DNA of 64,000 nucleotides from Candidatus Latescibacterota bacterium (lineage in GTDB: Bacteria > Latescibacterota > UBA2968 > GCA-2709665), in assembly GCA_963662665.2 (NCBI GenBank), contig CAXXJS010000010.1, forward strand, positions 352,001-416,000, given 5' to 3'. Within the stretch, counting starts at the first letter, position 1. Each line of letters opens with the position of its first letter. Shown piece by piece: positions 9,865 to 21,100 of the stretch. The notes under the pieces were generated by a model. It worked only from the letters and a program-made list of their open reading frames with translations. It was not told where the DNA came from and made no database searches. The position numbers and the translations under genes were made by a program.

Positions 9865-11340
9865 ATGCGTTCTACCATGTTGTTGAACGACAACCGCCGC
9901 TTGTTTCTCGATGACGAGGAAATCGCGGAGACCTTTCGTGTTTACCGCAAATATCACTCGCCGGTCAAATACGTCGGAAATCCGCTGCTCGTTGGAAATC
10001 AATTCCACGACGCGAGGGAGGGCGTGCGGTATGAGGAGGACGAGGTTCCGCGGGAGGGCGGCGTTGAGAAACCGAACGACAGCCTGACCCCCACGTCGGC
10101 GGTTCGCGGCCATTCGGGCTTGTTTCAGATGTATTATCAGATGAAACCGCCGGGAATCACGGACTTCGGGTACGGGGGCGGGACGCCGGTGGTGGCCTAC
10201 GCGGAGTCGCATAACGGGATTCACTGGCGGCTTCCGGCGTTAGGGCGGGTCGAAATCAACGGAAGCACCGAAAACAATGTTTTATTCGAGCCTCCGGGGA
10301 GTTTGCCGTGCGTCGTCATCGACGATCGCGAAATGGATGGTGCCCGACGGTACAAGATGATATACTATCCATCCAGCATCAGCTTCTCGCCGGACGGCGT
10401 ACGGTGGTCCGGCCCGGAGAAGGTGGCCGTGCCAAGCCGGATCGGTCATTCAGACGGGCTGAACTGCCTGGCGGGGTGGGACGCGGACATCGGGCGGTAC
10501 GTGGCGTATTTCCGCCCCCAGGTAGCGAGTCCGGGTCAATCCATCGATCCGGACGGTACCGCGGTTCGACTGATTGCTCGGAGCGAAAGCGAGGATCTCA
10601 CCGGGTGGTCGGAGCTCGAGACAGTGCTTGCGCCGGACGGCGATGACCCCGACGGTACCGAGTTCCAGACAATCGGTGTCTTTTTCTACGAGGGGATGTA
10701 CGTTGGATTGCTGTGCGTGCACGAAGGATTCGCCGAAGAACGACCCAAACGGTTTCCCTATCGGCTGCCGGACTGGCCGGCGCATTCCGCGATGCTGGGC
10801 CGCTGTTACATCGAGCTGGTAACGAGCCGGGACGGTGTTCGCTGGAACCGGTCGGAGGGGCGCGTGCCTTTTCTGGATACAACTCCCGGCGGGCTGGACT
10901 CCGGGATTGTCTGGCCCGCGAACTCGCCGGTGACGGTGGGCGACGAACTCTGGTTCTATTACGGGATGAGGGTGCACGGCCACGGGTTGTCATACGTCAA
11001 TCTTCCGGGCCTCGCCAGGCTGAGGCGAGACGGATTTGCGAGTCTGTGCGCCGGGGAGCAGGCGGGGTGGGTGGTAACGGCGATGTTCGTCTGTCCGGGC
11101 GGCCGGCTCCATGTGAACGCGAATGCCGCGGGCGGGGAACTGTCGGCGTCCGTAATCGAGCAGGACGGGTATCACGCGCCTGAGTACGCCGTGGTCCGGT
11201 GCGCCGCGTTGGACGGAGACGCGATCTCCCATCGGCTGACGTGGATGGAACGGGCGGATCTGGATCCTCTGAAGGGTAAGAAGATCAGGCTGAAATTCTA
11301 CTTGAGGCAGGCGGATCTTTTTTCATATTGGTTCGAGTAG
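9865..11340 (+). CDS. beta-propeller glycoside-hydrolase-like protein (GH32/43/130-like)
   Basis: Repeated SxDGxxW blades (SHNGIHW, SPDGVRW, SEDLTGW, SRDGVRW) and a C-terminal LRRDGFASL beta-sandwich. Confidence 0.6.
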   Translation: MRSTMLLNDNRRLFLDDEEIAETFRVYRKYHSPVKYVGNPLLVGNQFHDAREGVRYEEDEVPREGGVEKPNDSLTPTSAVRGHSGLFQMYYQMKPPGITDFGYGGGTPVVAYAESHNGIHWRLPALGRVEINGSTENNVLFEPPGSLPCVVIDDREMDGARRYKMIYYPSSISFSPDGVRWSGPEKVAVPSRIGHSDGLNCLAGWDADIGRYVAYFRPQVASPGQSIDPDGTAVRLIARSESEDLTGWSELETVLAPDGDDPDGTEFQTIGVFFYEGMYVGLLCVHEGFAEERPKRFPYRLPDWPAHSAMLGRCYIELVTSRDGVRWNRSEGRVPFLDTTPGGLDSGIVWPANSPVTVGDELWFYYGMRVHGHGLSYVNLPGLARLRRDGFASLCAGEQAGWVVTAMFVCPGGRLHVNANAAGGELSASVIEQDGYHAPEYAVVRCAALDGDAISHRLTWMERADLDPLKGKKIRLKFYLRQADLFSYWFE

Positions 11341-11521
11341 GCGTGTACCCGATACTGTAACGGAGGAACGGAATGAACGTGTACCGGATATTCGTATGGG
11401 GATTCTAAAACAGCATCCGAGACTGGACCCCGGCTGTTTCAGTTTCCGGAGATCATAATGCACTCGGCGCGCCGACGGGGGGCTGGAAACCACATGCGCG
11501 CAACCACACCATTTCAAAAGG

Positions 11522-13714
11522 ATGGACTTCACAATGAGGATCCAGAGACGTTTCGATTCCGTCAGCGCCGCCAAAACCTGGGACCGTAAGCCCGAATCCC
11601 GATCGGGCGACCGAGAACTCCTGCCTGACATGTTCGGTAAAGACACTTTCGGACTGCGCGAAATGCAGTCCAGGCTTCCGGAAAACGTTTTCAATCAGCT
11701 CGTCCGGACGATTCACCACGGAAAGCAACTCGATTCCGATATTGCGGACACGGTGGCTGCGGCGATGAAAGACTGGGCACTCTCCATGGGCGCGACCCAC
11801 TATACGCACTGGTTCCAGCCGCTCACGGGGCACACTGCCGAGAAGCACGACTCCTTCCTGAAGGTGGGCGCAGACGCCCGCGCCATCACCGAGTTCGGCG
11901 GCGACGAACTCGTCCAGGGCGAGCCGGACGCGTCGTCGTTCCCATCGGGTGGCTTACGGGCTACCTTCGAGGCACGCGGCTATACGGCCTGGGATCCTAC
12001 CTCTCCCGCTTTCATCATGGGCGGCGAGTCGGCAACGTACCTCTGCATTCCCACTGCTTTTTCCAGCTGGACTGGAGAGAGTCTTGACGCCAAGATCCCG
12101 CTGCTCCGGTCGATGGACGCACTCGACCGGGTCACGCGACGAGCGCTCAAGCTCTTTGATATCGACGCCGGGATGGTTACCGCCAGCCTCGGTCCCGAGC
12201 AGGAGTTCTTTCTCGTGGACCGTGAGTTCTACTACCGCAGACCCGACCTCATGACGTCGGGTCGAACACTCTTCGGGGCAAAGCCTCCGAGGGGGCAGGA
12301 ACTCGACGACCACTATTTCGGACAGATCCACGAGCGAGTGCTGGCGTGCATCCAGTCCATCGAGATGGACCTGTACCGGCTGGGGGTGCCAATGAAGACG
12401 CGCCATAACGAGGTGGCGCCGGGGCAATACGAAATGGCGCCGGTCTACGAGAACGCGAACCTGGCGTCGGACCATCAGCAGCTGACGATGAGGGTCCTGG
12501 AGCGAAACGCGCGCAGCTATGGATTCATCTGCCTCTTGCATGAGAAGCCCTTCGCAGGGATCAACGGCAGCGGCAAGCACGTGAACTGGTCCTTCGGCAC
12601 TTCGGAACGCAACCTGTTGGATCCGGGTGACACGCCTCATGACAACCTTATGTTCCTGTTCTTCTGTACCGCGGTGATGAGCGCGGTCGAGCAGCACCAG
12701 GACCTGCTCCTGGCCAGCGTCTCAAGCGCCGGGAACGATCACCGTTTGGGCGCCAATGAAGCCCCGCCGTCGATCATCTCGGTGTTCCTGGGCAGCCAGC
12801 TCGAAGACATCTTTAACCAGCTTGAGGAATCCGGCAAGGCCCAGAAGCGGGAACACGATGGCCTCCTCGGCCTGGGAGTCAATGTCCTCCCCGACCTTAC
12901 GCGCCATTCCGGAGACCGCAACCGCACGTCTCCATTTGCATTCACAGGGAACAAGTTCGAGTTCCGCGCGGTCGGCTCGTCGGCGAATATCTCGCTGTCG
13001 GCAACCGTCCTCAACACAATCGTGGCGGAGGCAATCGACAATTGGACCGAGCTGCTGGAGCCGATCGTGGACGCCGGCACCTCGATCGACGATGCGCTCT
13101 GGACGCTGTTGGCCAACGAGATCCCGTCCTTCAAGAGGATCATTTTCAACGGCGACAATTACGCGACCGAGTGGGTCGAGGAGGCCGCGGGCCGCGGGCT
13201 GCACAACGCGGGCTCGGCGATCGATGCGCTGGTTGCGCTCGCCTCGCCCGGGAACGAGGAGCTTTTCGACAAGTACGGCGTCCTGTCGCCACGCGAACTG
13301 GCGGCCAGGCTGGAGGTGCTCAGCGAGCAGTACTTCATCAAGATCAACATCGAAGGCGAAACGGCGGCGCACATGGCCCGCTGCATGATCCTGCCTGCCG
13401 CGGTCACCTACCTGAAGCAGCTCACGTCGGCGCTGAACGGGACGAAGAAGGCGGACGGCTCCACAAAGGGTCTCGAAAGAAACATCATGAGGGTTTCTGG
13501 CTTGTTCGATGAATTGAGCGATGCGCTGGACGAGCTCGACACGCAAAACGAAGAACTCGGCGGAGACGAGATTTCGTCCAAGGTGGTCCACATGCGCGAC
13601 AATGTGATCCCTGCGATGAATGCGGTGCGCGAGGTGGCGGACCGATTGGAGAGAGTGATTCCGGACGATCTGTGGCCGCTGCCGACGTACCGCGACATGC
13701 TGTTCGTGAGGTAG
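11522..13714 (+). CDS. glnA: glutamine synthetase type III
   Basis: 730 aa with GSIII motifs THYTHWFQPLT, AEKHDSF, GEPDASSFPSGG, HNEVAPGQYE, NGSGKH, DRNRTSPFAFTGNKFEFR. Confidence 0.95.
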   Translation: MDFTMRIQRRFDSVSAAKTWDRKPESRSGDRELLPDMFGKDTFGLREMQSRLPENVFNQLVRTIHHGKQLDSDIADTVAAAMKDWALSMGATHYTHWFQPLTGHTAEKHDSFLKVGADARAITEFGGDELVQGEPDASSFPSGGLRATFEARGYTAWDPTSPAFIMGGESATYLCIPTAFSSWTGESLDAKIPLLRSMDALDRVTRRALKLFDIDAGMVTASLGPEQEFFLVDREFYYRRPDLMTSGRTLFGAKPPRGQELDDHYFGQIHERVLACIQSIEMDLYRLGVPMKTRHNEVAPGQYEMAPVYENANLASDHQQLTMRVLERNARSYGFICLLHEKPFAGINGSGKHVNWSFGTSERNLLDPGDTPHDNLMFLFFCTAVMSAVEQHQDLLLASVSSAGNDHRLGANEAPPSIISVFLGSQLEDIFNQLEESGKAQKREHDGLLGLGVNVLPDLTRHSGDRNRTSPFAFTGNKFEFRAVGSSANISLSATVLNTIVAEAIDNWTELLEPIVDAGTSIDDALWTLLANEIPSFKRIIFNGDNYATEWVEEAAGRGLHNAGSAIDALVALASPGNEELFDKYGVLSPRELAARLEVLSEQYFIKINIEGETAAHMARCMILPAAVTYLKQLTSALNGTKKADGSTKGLERNIMRVSGLFDELSDALDELDTQNEELGGDEISSKVVHMRDNVIPAMNAVREVADRLERVIPDDLWPLPTYRDMLFVR

Positions 13715-13858
13715 GGGTTGCGTCTAAGAGGGGCGACTCGACGGCCGGATTGTGGGCAACTCATTTCCGGGACAGAACACTGATACCTTTACCTTGACGG
13801 CTTCGTGAATCCGGGTTCGAGGGTGGCGCAGACGATCATTGTCAGAGAGTGATGGCAT

Positions 13859-14380
13859 ATGAGAACGACATGCCTGGCGGCGGCCGTTGCTGTATTCGTG
13901 GTGATTTTGGCTGCCGGTTCGGGAGCAGCTGAAAAATCGATGGATGCAAGGGTCCTCGACAGGTGGTTAGGGAACTGGAAACATCACGTTATTGTCAAGC
14001 CCGCTGCCTGGTCGCTCGTCGGTGTCGAGTTGCGAGGTACTTCTACTGCCGAATGGATTCTGAGCGGGCGGTACCAACAGGTTTCCAGCCGGAGCGGCGA
14101 CAAGGAAACGCGTGAGATCCACCGGTTTGACGCGGATAGCTGTCAGTTTCACAAGTGGGCGTTCGACTCTGACGGCGGGCACAGTTTCTGGGTTGGCGCG
14201 TGGGACGCAGAGTCGGAAACGATGACGTGGAAATACATGGATTTCGGCCTGGGTATAGAGGGAAAGATCGTCAATCGGTTTACCGGTGTCGACAAATACG
14301 AAACGACGCTTGTTTTAAGGGACAGCCAGGGAAACGCGCTGCTGGATTTACGGTCTCAACATACACGAATAGGCGATTGA
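13859..14380 (+). CDS. secreted beta-barrel protein (DUF1579-like)
   Basis: Signal peptide, LDRWLGNW, EWILSGRY and WAFDSDG motifs. Confidence 0.55.
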   Translation: MRTTCLAAAVAVFVVILAAGSGAAEKSMDARVLDRWLGNWKHHVIVKPAAWSLVGVELRGTSTAEWILSGRYQQVSSRSGDKETREIHRFDADSCQFHKWAFDSDGGHSFWVGAWDAESETMTWKYMDFGLGIEGKIVNRFTGVDKYETTLVLRDSQGNALLDLRSQHTRIGD

Positions 14381-14511
14381 CACGAACAGGATGCCGGTAC
14401 GCCTTCATTGACTCCCGATGGATTCGGAAATTACACACGGCAGGATCCAACAAGGCGCGCGATGTGCTCCCGGGCCGATTCGCGACGTGTCCGGGCTCGA
14501 GAAAATTCAAC

Positions 14512-14540
14512 TTGACATTGTACCGATGCGACCCTAAGAT
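14512..14540 (+). promoter_or_regulatory. sigma70-type promoter
   Basis: TTGACA-17 nt-TAAGAT upstream of the porin gene. Confidence 0.6.
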
Positions 14541-14737
14541 TAGTCGTTTTGGTATTTGCAGGAATTCCCCAGTTGGTCCGATCCAGGCTGCCGGATCTCC
14601 TTCGCACGGATTAAAGAACCCGAGCCGCAACCTCCACGGAATTTTCCCTCAGTACGAATTCACGAACGTATCGTCAACTTCCGGTCCCGGTGAAATCCGC
14701 AATGGATATCACCAAAACGTATGGAGGAATGAAGAAT

Positions 14738-15460
14738 ATGCCAACTCGCACGCTACTTGTGGTTCTCACCCTTATCCTGTTTGCCAGTCCGGCGACCGCC
14801 CAGATTGAGAACATTTCTGTAGAGGGCGGCGTGGATCTCGTCTCCCACTATATCTTCCGGGGCGTCGTTTTCACGGACAAGCCCACGGCGCAACCATCGC
14901 TGACCGTTGGCTTCGGTGAATCCGGTGTTGCTTTCAACATCTGGGGTTCGGCAGCGCTCAAACAGAGGAGCATTCAGGACGCGGGCGATGAGCTCGACTT
15001 CACGTTATCATACGACCGCAATCTGGGAGAAGAGTACGAAAACTTGGGGGTTACTCTGGGGATGATTCAATACACTTTTCCAAGCCTGGCGAAGGGCGAC
15101 AGACTTACCACGGAGTTTTTCGCCGGCCTGAGCCTGGATGTTTTGGCATCCCCGTCACTTACGCTTTACCGCGACCTGGGTCAGTTCGATTACTGGTATC
15201 TCAACGGCAGTATCGGTCACGAAGTCCAACTGACGCCTGAGGGCAACGTGTCCCTCGGTGTCTCCGGCGATATAGGATACAGTGACGGCACCGACAAGTT
15301 CGAATTCAACCACGTCGGCGGGTCGGTTTCACTAAGCGCAAGCCACAGCCTCTTCTCAGTCTCGGCGAATATCGGCATCATTCGTTGGATCGAAGACATC
15401 AACTCCAGAGACGAGCAAAACCAGGTCTGGGGCGGCGTCAGTCTGGGTTTCGCCTATTAG
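14738..15460 (+). CDS. TorF/Gcw_chp-like outer-membrane beta-barrel (putative porin)
   Basis: GGAGGA RBS, signal peptide, SHYIFRG and ELDFTLSY motifs, aromatic C-terminus. Confidence 0.7.
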   Translation: MPTRTLLVVLTLILFASPATAQIENISVEGGVDLVSHYIFRGVVFTDKPTAQPSLTVGFGESGVAFNIWGSAALKQRSIQDAGDELDFTLSYDRNLGEEYENLGVTLGMIQYTFPSLAKGDRLTTEFFAGLSLDVLASPSLTLYRDLGQFDYWYLNGSIGHEVQLTPEGNVSLGVSGDIGYSDGTDKFEFNHVGGSVSLSASHSLFSVSANIGIIRWIEDINSRDEQNQVWGGVSLGFAY

Positions 15461-15549
15461 CAACAGGTAACATTAAATCGCCGGGTATGAGCCGAAACGC
15501 GCAGATGCACGCGTGAAGGTGTACATCGGGTGTGGGCTGGCGCGTGTGC

Positions 15550-15588
15550 CGGTGTCGGGACGAGTAAAATCGTCCCGGCGCCGTTTTT
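15550..15588 (+). terminator. rho-independent terminator
   Basis: Stem CGGTGTCGGGACGA/TCGTCCCGGCGCCG followed by TTTTT. Confidence 0.7.
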
Positions 15589-15704
15589 GGGTGACTTCCC
15601 CGGTCGCCTTATCCGATTATTGAATCGCTCTCTGGGCGTTGCAGGAACCCGCGCGGCGATCCTCGTTGCGCATTCGGCGGCGAACTGAAATCGGAACCGG
15701 ATTT

Positions 15705-16964
15705 ATGCGAAAAACACTGTGCGGGTTCATCCTCGGAGTGTGCGTCATTGTAACCGCGCCGTGTGTCGCCGGGGCCGCCGGCAACGGCGGTGCAACCGTT
15801 GCGCCGGCCGATCCTGCGCTCCGCGAATTCGTTCAGTATATTGTCCACGCGAACCCCCGTGTCAAGGCGGCCCGAGAAGCGCTGGAGGCGAGAAGGAGCT
15901 ATCGAGACGCCGCGTCGCGACCGCTATACAACCCGGAGATCAATGCAGACTACGAAAGAACCCACGAAACCCGCTACTGGATCGGCATCGGATATACGAT
16001 CGACTGGGGCGGTAAGGGCAGGGCCCGCGGAGCGCTGGCGGAATCCCAGCGGCGGGTCGCCGAGGCGGAGGTCGCCCTTGTACGCCGCAGCGTAACCATC
16101 AACCTGCTGAACGGCCTGGCCGCCCACTGGACCAGCGCCGAACGCGACAGCCTCGCTTCGTCACGGCGAGCGCTGATGCAGGAGTTCGCAGCGCTTGCGC
16201 AGCGCCGATTCGAGACGGGCGACTTGAACCTGGTGGAGCTGGATCTGGCGCGGCTGGCTTACCTGGAAGCGCGAATCCGGAACGCTACCGCGGCGGCGGC
16301 GCTTGCCGAGGCGAGGCAGGCCGTCCGCGGACTCGCTACGGACCTGCCAGTGTCACAGTGGCCTCCACTACCCGCATCTCTACCGGACGTGCCGGAAGGC
16401 GCGGATGTCAAGTCCCTGATCGGGGCGCTCCCGGAGGTCCTCGCCGCCAGGCGCCGGGAGGATGCGGCAGCGGCGCTTGTAATGCTTCGGCGCAGGGAAC
16501 GACGGCCCGATCCGACTCTGAACGTGGGGAGCGGCAGCGAGGCAGGCGACCGGCTCGCGGTTGCGGAATTGTCGATCCCGCTGCCGTTGCTCAATCGCTT
16601 CAGGGACGAAGTGGACGGGGCCGCCGCCGAACACCGCGCGGCGCAGCAGGACGCGGAAGACGTGTCGCGCCGCGCGCGTGCCCGCCTGATCAGCGCGACC
16701 GAACGCTACCAGCTGGCGCTGGCCGCGTGGGAAGACTGGCAGAAGACCGGTCAGGCGAGCCTCACCCGGCAGCAGGAACAACTGCGGACGCTTTGGAAAG
16801 CCGGCGACGTCGGCACCACGGACTACCTTGTGCAGGCAGGACTGTCACTGGATGTACGGGAGAGCGCACTGAACCTTCGGGAATCGTTGTGGCGGGCATG
16901 GTTTGAGTGGTTGTCCGCATCGGGACAGATCGACGCCTGGATTGGATACGGCACAAACCGTTGA
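15705..16964 (+). CDS. czcC: outer-membrane efflux protein (TolC/CzcC family)
   Basis: Signal peptide and OEP repeats (RRFETGD, LSIPLPL). First gene of a tripartite operon. Confidence 0.8.
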   Translation: MRKTLCGFILGVCVIVTAPCVAGAAGNGGATVAPADPALREFVQYIVHANPRVKAAREALEARRSYRDAASRPLYNPEINADYERTHETRYWIGIGYTIDWGGKGRARGALAESQRRVAEAEVALVRRSVTINLLNGLAAHWTSAERDSLASSRRALMQEFAALAQRRFETGDLNLVELDLARLAYLEARIRNATAAAALAEARQAVRGLATDLPVSQWPPLPASLPDVPEGADVKSLIGALPEVLAARRREDAAAALVMLRRRERRPDPTLNVGSGSEAGDRLAVAELSIPLPLLNRFRDEVDGAAAEHRAAQQDAEDVSRRARARLISATERYQLALAAWEDWQKTGQASLTRQQEQLRTLWKAGDVGTTDYLVQAGLSLDVRESALNLRESLWRAWFEWLSASGQIDAWIGYGTNR

Positions 16965-17001
16965 ATCGTCGTCTCGGGCGAATGGAAATGGAGAAACACC
17001 G

Positions 17002-18123
17002 ATGAACACCCGGACACTCTTTGCATTGTGCGTGACCCTGGCGATGGCTGCCCCTGTCTCTGCGGAGGATGCCGGCCACGAGAAGCCGGAAGGCGAAGCG
17101 TCCGGGAAAATCGAACTGAGCGCCGAGGAGCAACGCGCTGCCGGCATTGCCGTCGACCGCGTGGCACGACGGGCGTTGGGCGAGACCATTCGCGTGCCCG
17201 GTAACGTGGGGATCAATATGTACAAGTCCTCTCGCGTTACCCCCCGCATTACGGCTCAGGTTGTCGCCCGCCACGTTATCCTCGGCGAGTCGGTCCGCGC
17301 CGGCCAGCGGATGGTGACGCTGTCCAGCGTAGCCATGGCCGAAGCACAGGGCGAATTGATTGTTGCCAACCGGGAATGGGAACGGGCAAGGAGCCTCGGT
17401 TCGGAATCCGTGTCCGAGCGACGTTACACGGAGGCGCGCGTAGCCCGTCAACTGGCGCTGGCCAGAGTACTCGCCTACGGGATGACAGAGGCGCATGCGC
17501 ACGCGTTGATGAATTCCGCCGATGCGGACATGGCCAGCGGTGTGTTCGTTCTTCTGGCTCCGCAGGCAGGGACCGTCTTGCAGGACAACTTCATCGTGGG
17601 CGAATTGATCGAACCCGGCCGCGTGCTCTTCGATATCAGTGACGAGTCCGTAATGTGGGTGGAAGCCAGACCGATCGCCGTGGGCACGCCTGACATCCAC
17701 ACGGGGATGTCCGCGCGAGTCAGTCCGGACGGTATCAACTGGATTCACGGTACGGTTGTTCAACGCTACCACCGCGTTGATGAGACCACACGTACGCACG
17801 GCGTCCGAATTGAAGTAGACAATCCGGACGACGAGCTGCACGAGAGACAATTTGTCGAGGTGGAGATCGTTACGGGCAGCGGGGAACCGGTGTTGGCAGT
17901 ACCGAACGCCGCTGTGACAATGATCGACGATACACCGACCGTGTTCAAAATCGAAGCCGGCCATGAGTTTCACGCGGAATCGATCGTCGCCGGTGCAACC
18001 GTGGGCGACTGGACGGTTGTTTCAGCCGGGCTGCAGGCCGGGGACGAAATCGCGGTTGCCGGCGTGTTTCATTTGAAGTCGCTGCTGCTCAAGTCCTCGC
18101 TGGGCGGCGGCCACGCGCATTAG
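17002..18123 (+). CDS. czcB: RND periplasmic adaptor (CzcB/CusB family)
   Basis: Lipoyl-like halves, VDETTRT motif, C-terminal GHAH. Confidence 0.85.
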   Translation: MNTRTLFALCVTLAMAAPVSAEDAGHEKPEGEASGKIELSAEEQRAAGIAVDRVARRALGETIRVPGNVGINMYKSSRVTPRITAQVVARHVILGESVRAGQRMVTLSSVAMAEAQGELIVANREWERARSLGSESVSERRYTEARVARQLALARVLAYGMTEAHAHALMNSADADMASGVFVLLAPQAGTVLQDNFIVGELIEPGRVLFDISDESVMWVEARPIAVGTPDIHTGMSARVSPDGINWIHGTVVQRYHRVDETTRTHGVRIEVDNPDDELHERQFVEVEIVTGSGEPVLAVPNAAVTMIDDTPTVFKIEAGHEFHAESIVAGATVGDWTVVSAGLQAGDEIAVAGVFHLKSLLLKSSLGGGHAH

Positions 18124-18132
18124 AGGGGCTCC

Positions 18133-21100
18133 GTGTTAGAAAAACTGGTTGAAACCTCGGTGCGCTACAAAGTCCTGGTGCTGATCGCCTTCGGCGCGGT
18201 GGCCTTTCTGGGCTGGCGGGCGGTCGTGACCGTTCCGATCGACGCATTCCCCGACGTAACGCCCGCCCAGGTCAACATTTATACCGAGTCGCCAGGTCTG
18301 GCGGCGGAGGACGTTGAACAACTCCTCACGTTTCCGGTAGAATCCGCAATGGCGGGCCTGCCCCGGGTAAAGCAGATTCGCTCGGTGAGCCTGTTCGGCC
18401 TCTCGTACGTGGCGGTGTACTTCGAAGATGACATGGACATCTACTTCGCGCGCCGCCTGGTGATGGAACGCCTCCAGGAAGTCGGAGACCGGATTCCCGA
18501 CGGTTACGGCACGCCGGAAATGGGCCCGAATACGTCGGGCCTCGGGCAGGTCTTCTGGTACACGCTCGAACGGGCCGATGAAAAGCTGAATGCCGGGATT
18601 ACGGACATGGATCTGCGGACGCTCCACGATTGGAGCGTCCGTTTGATTTTACGTACCGCGCCAGGCGTGGACGACGTGATTTCCTGGGGAGGGCAGGAGC
18701 GCCAGTACCAGGTTGTAATAGATCCTTTGAGTCTTATCGAGTACGACCTCACGTTCACCGACGTGATAGAAGTGATCGAGGCCAACAACCGGCAGGTCGG
18801 GGGCCAGTACGTCAATCTCGGCGCTGAACAATTCCTGGTGCGCGGTCTCGGCCTTGTCAAGAACGAAGACGACATTGGCGCGATGGTCGTCAAGGTTGAG
18901 GACGGCACGCCGGTCTACCTCCGCCACGTCGCCGACATTGTGCAGGGAGGAGCCCTCCGCTTCGGCGCCGTGACCCGCGACGGCAAGGAAGTTGTACTCG
19001 GCATGGCCCTTTCGCGCATCGGTGAGAACGCCGCCGCCGTGGTCGACGCCGTTAAGGAAAAAGTCGCAATCGTCAACAGGTCCCTGCCGGAAGGCGTCAA
19101 GTTGCGGCCAGTTTACGAACGCACCGACCTGGTGAATCGTTCGGTGGATACGGCGACAAACGCGCTTCTGCAGGGTGCGATTGTGGTGGCCATTGTGTTG
19201 TTCCTTTTCCTTGGCGAACTCCGTTCCGCGGTGGTCGTTATCGCGTCCATTCCGCTGGCGATGCTTGTCGCCTTCATCTTTATGGGCCAGGCGGGAATCT
19301 CCGCCAATCTCATGTCGCTGGCCGGCCTCGCGGTTGGCATCGGCATGATCGTCGATGGCGCCGTGGTCGTGGTCGAGAACGCCTTTCGCATCATGGCGGA
19401 GCGGAAGGAGGCCGGGCAGGCCGTCGATCGTTCCAGCGCCGTGCTGGCCGCCGCGCGGAGCGTGGCGAATCCGATCGCCTTCGCCATCATAATCATCATT
19501 GTCGTGTTTCTACCGCTATTCGCGCTCGAGGGGCTTGAAGGCAAGCTTTTCAAACCGATGGCGTTCAATATCAGCTTCGCGATGGCCGGCTCGCTTGTTT
19601 TGACGCTCACGCTGATACCTGTACTGGCCGCGCTGGTCCTCAAGCCGAAGGAACTGCGGGATACGTGGCTGGTTCGCGTGGTCAAGGCGCGCTATATACC
19701 GCTCTTGGCCGGCGCCCTCGAAAACAAGAAGATTGTGGTTCGAATCGCCGTCGGGCTGCTGGCGGCAAGCCTTGCGCTCTTTCCCTTTCTCGGCAGGGAG
19801 TTCATGCCCCAGCTGCAGGAGGGCTCGATCATGTGGCGCGTCACGTCCATCCCTTCCGCGTCGCTCGATCAGTCGATTGCGATTTCCAAGGACATCGAGA
19901 ACGCCCTTTCCGGGTTTCCGGAGGTGAACACCACTGTGGCCATGATCGGACGCGCCGAAAAGGGTGAGACGGCCGACGTGAACTACATGGAGATTTACAC
20001 CGAACTCAAGCCGGAGGACGAATGGCCGGGCGACCGGGATATCGGGGAACTCGCCGAAGCGATGCGGGAGAAGCTGGAGGCCGTGGTTCCGACCGCCGTG
20101 GTGGCATTTACGCAACCGATCCAGATGCGCGTGGAGGAACTCATTTCCGGTGTACGCGCGACGCTCGCTGCAAAGATCTACGGTGAGGACCTGGCGGAAC
20201 TCAATCGGTTGAGCCTCCGGATCAAGGATGTCATCGCATCGGTGGACGGCGTGGCCGATCTTTCGCTGGAGGCCAATATCGGCAAACCTCAGATCCGCCT
20301 CCAGGTCCGCCGGGATCACCTTGCGCGTTTCGGCATGAGTACCGACGAGGTGTTGTCGGTTGTGCGGACCGGCATCGGCAACGAACCTGTGTCCACTTTG
20401 ATCGACGGCGTCCGCCGGTTCGACATTACCGCGCGGCTGGACGACGCGTCCAAGTCCTCGGTGCAGGCGATCGGCCGTATTCCTCTCAAAACCAGCGTCG
20501 GCGCCATCATTCCCCTCTCGGAAGTCACTGACGTCAGCGTGGCGCAGGGGTATTCGTTCGTGCGCCGGGAGCAGTTGCAGCGCTACGCGGTCATTCAGAT
20601 GGACGTCCGCGGCCGCGATATCGACGGGTTTGTCCGGGACGCGAACGCGGCCATCGAACAACAGATCGGCCTGCCGCCGGGTTACTGGATCGAATGGGGT
20701 GGTGCGTTCGAAAACCAGCAGCGCGCGCTGGCCCGGCTTTCAATTATCGTACCGCTTACGATCCTCTTCATTTTCGTTCTGCTCTACACCGCGTTTAATT
20801 CGGTGAAATATGCCATGCTGATTATCGCGAACGTGCCGTTCGCCACTATTGGGGGGCTGATCGCGTTGTTCATCAGCGGACAATACGTGTCGGTCCCCTC
20901 AGCGATCGGTTTTATCACCGTATTCGGTGTGGCGATGCTCAACGGTATCGTTCTCGTGAGTTTCATCAATGAACTCCGGCAGAAGGGACATTCCATCGAG
21001 GAAGCGGTGCGACAGGGGGCCTCGTTGCGCCTGCGTCCAGTCCTGATGACAGCGAGCACATCCATCCTGGGTTTGATGCCGATGCTGCTGTCTTCGGGTG

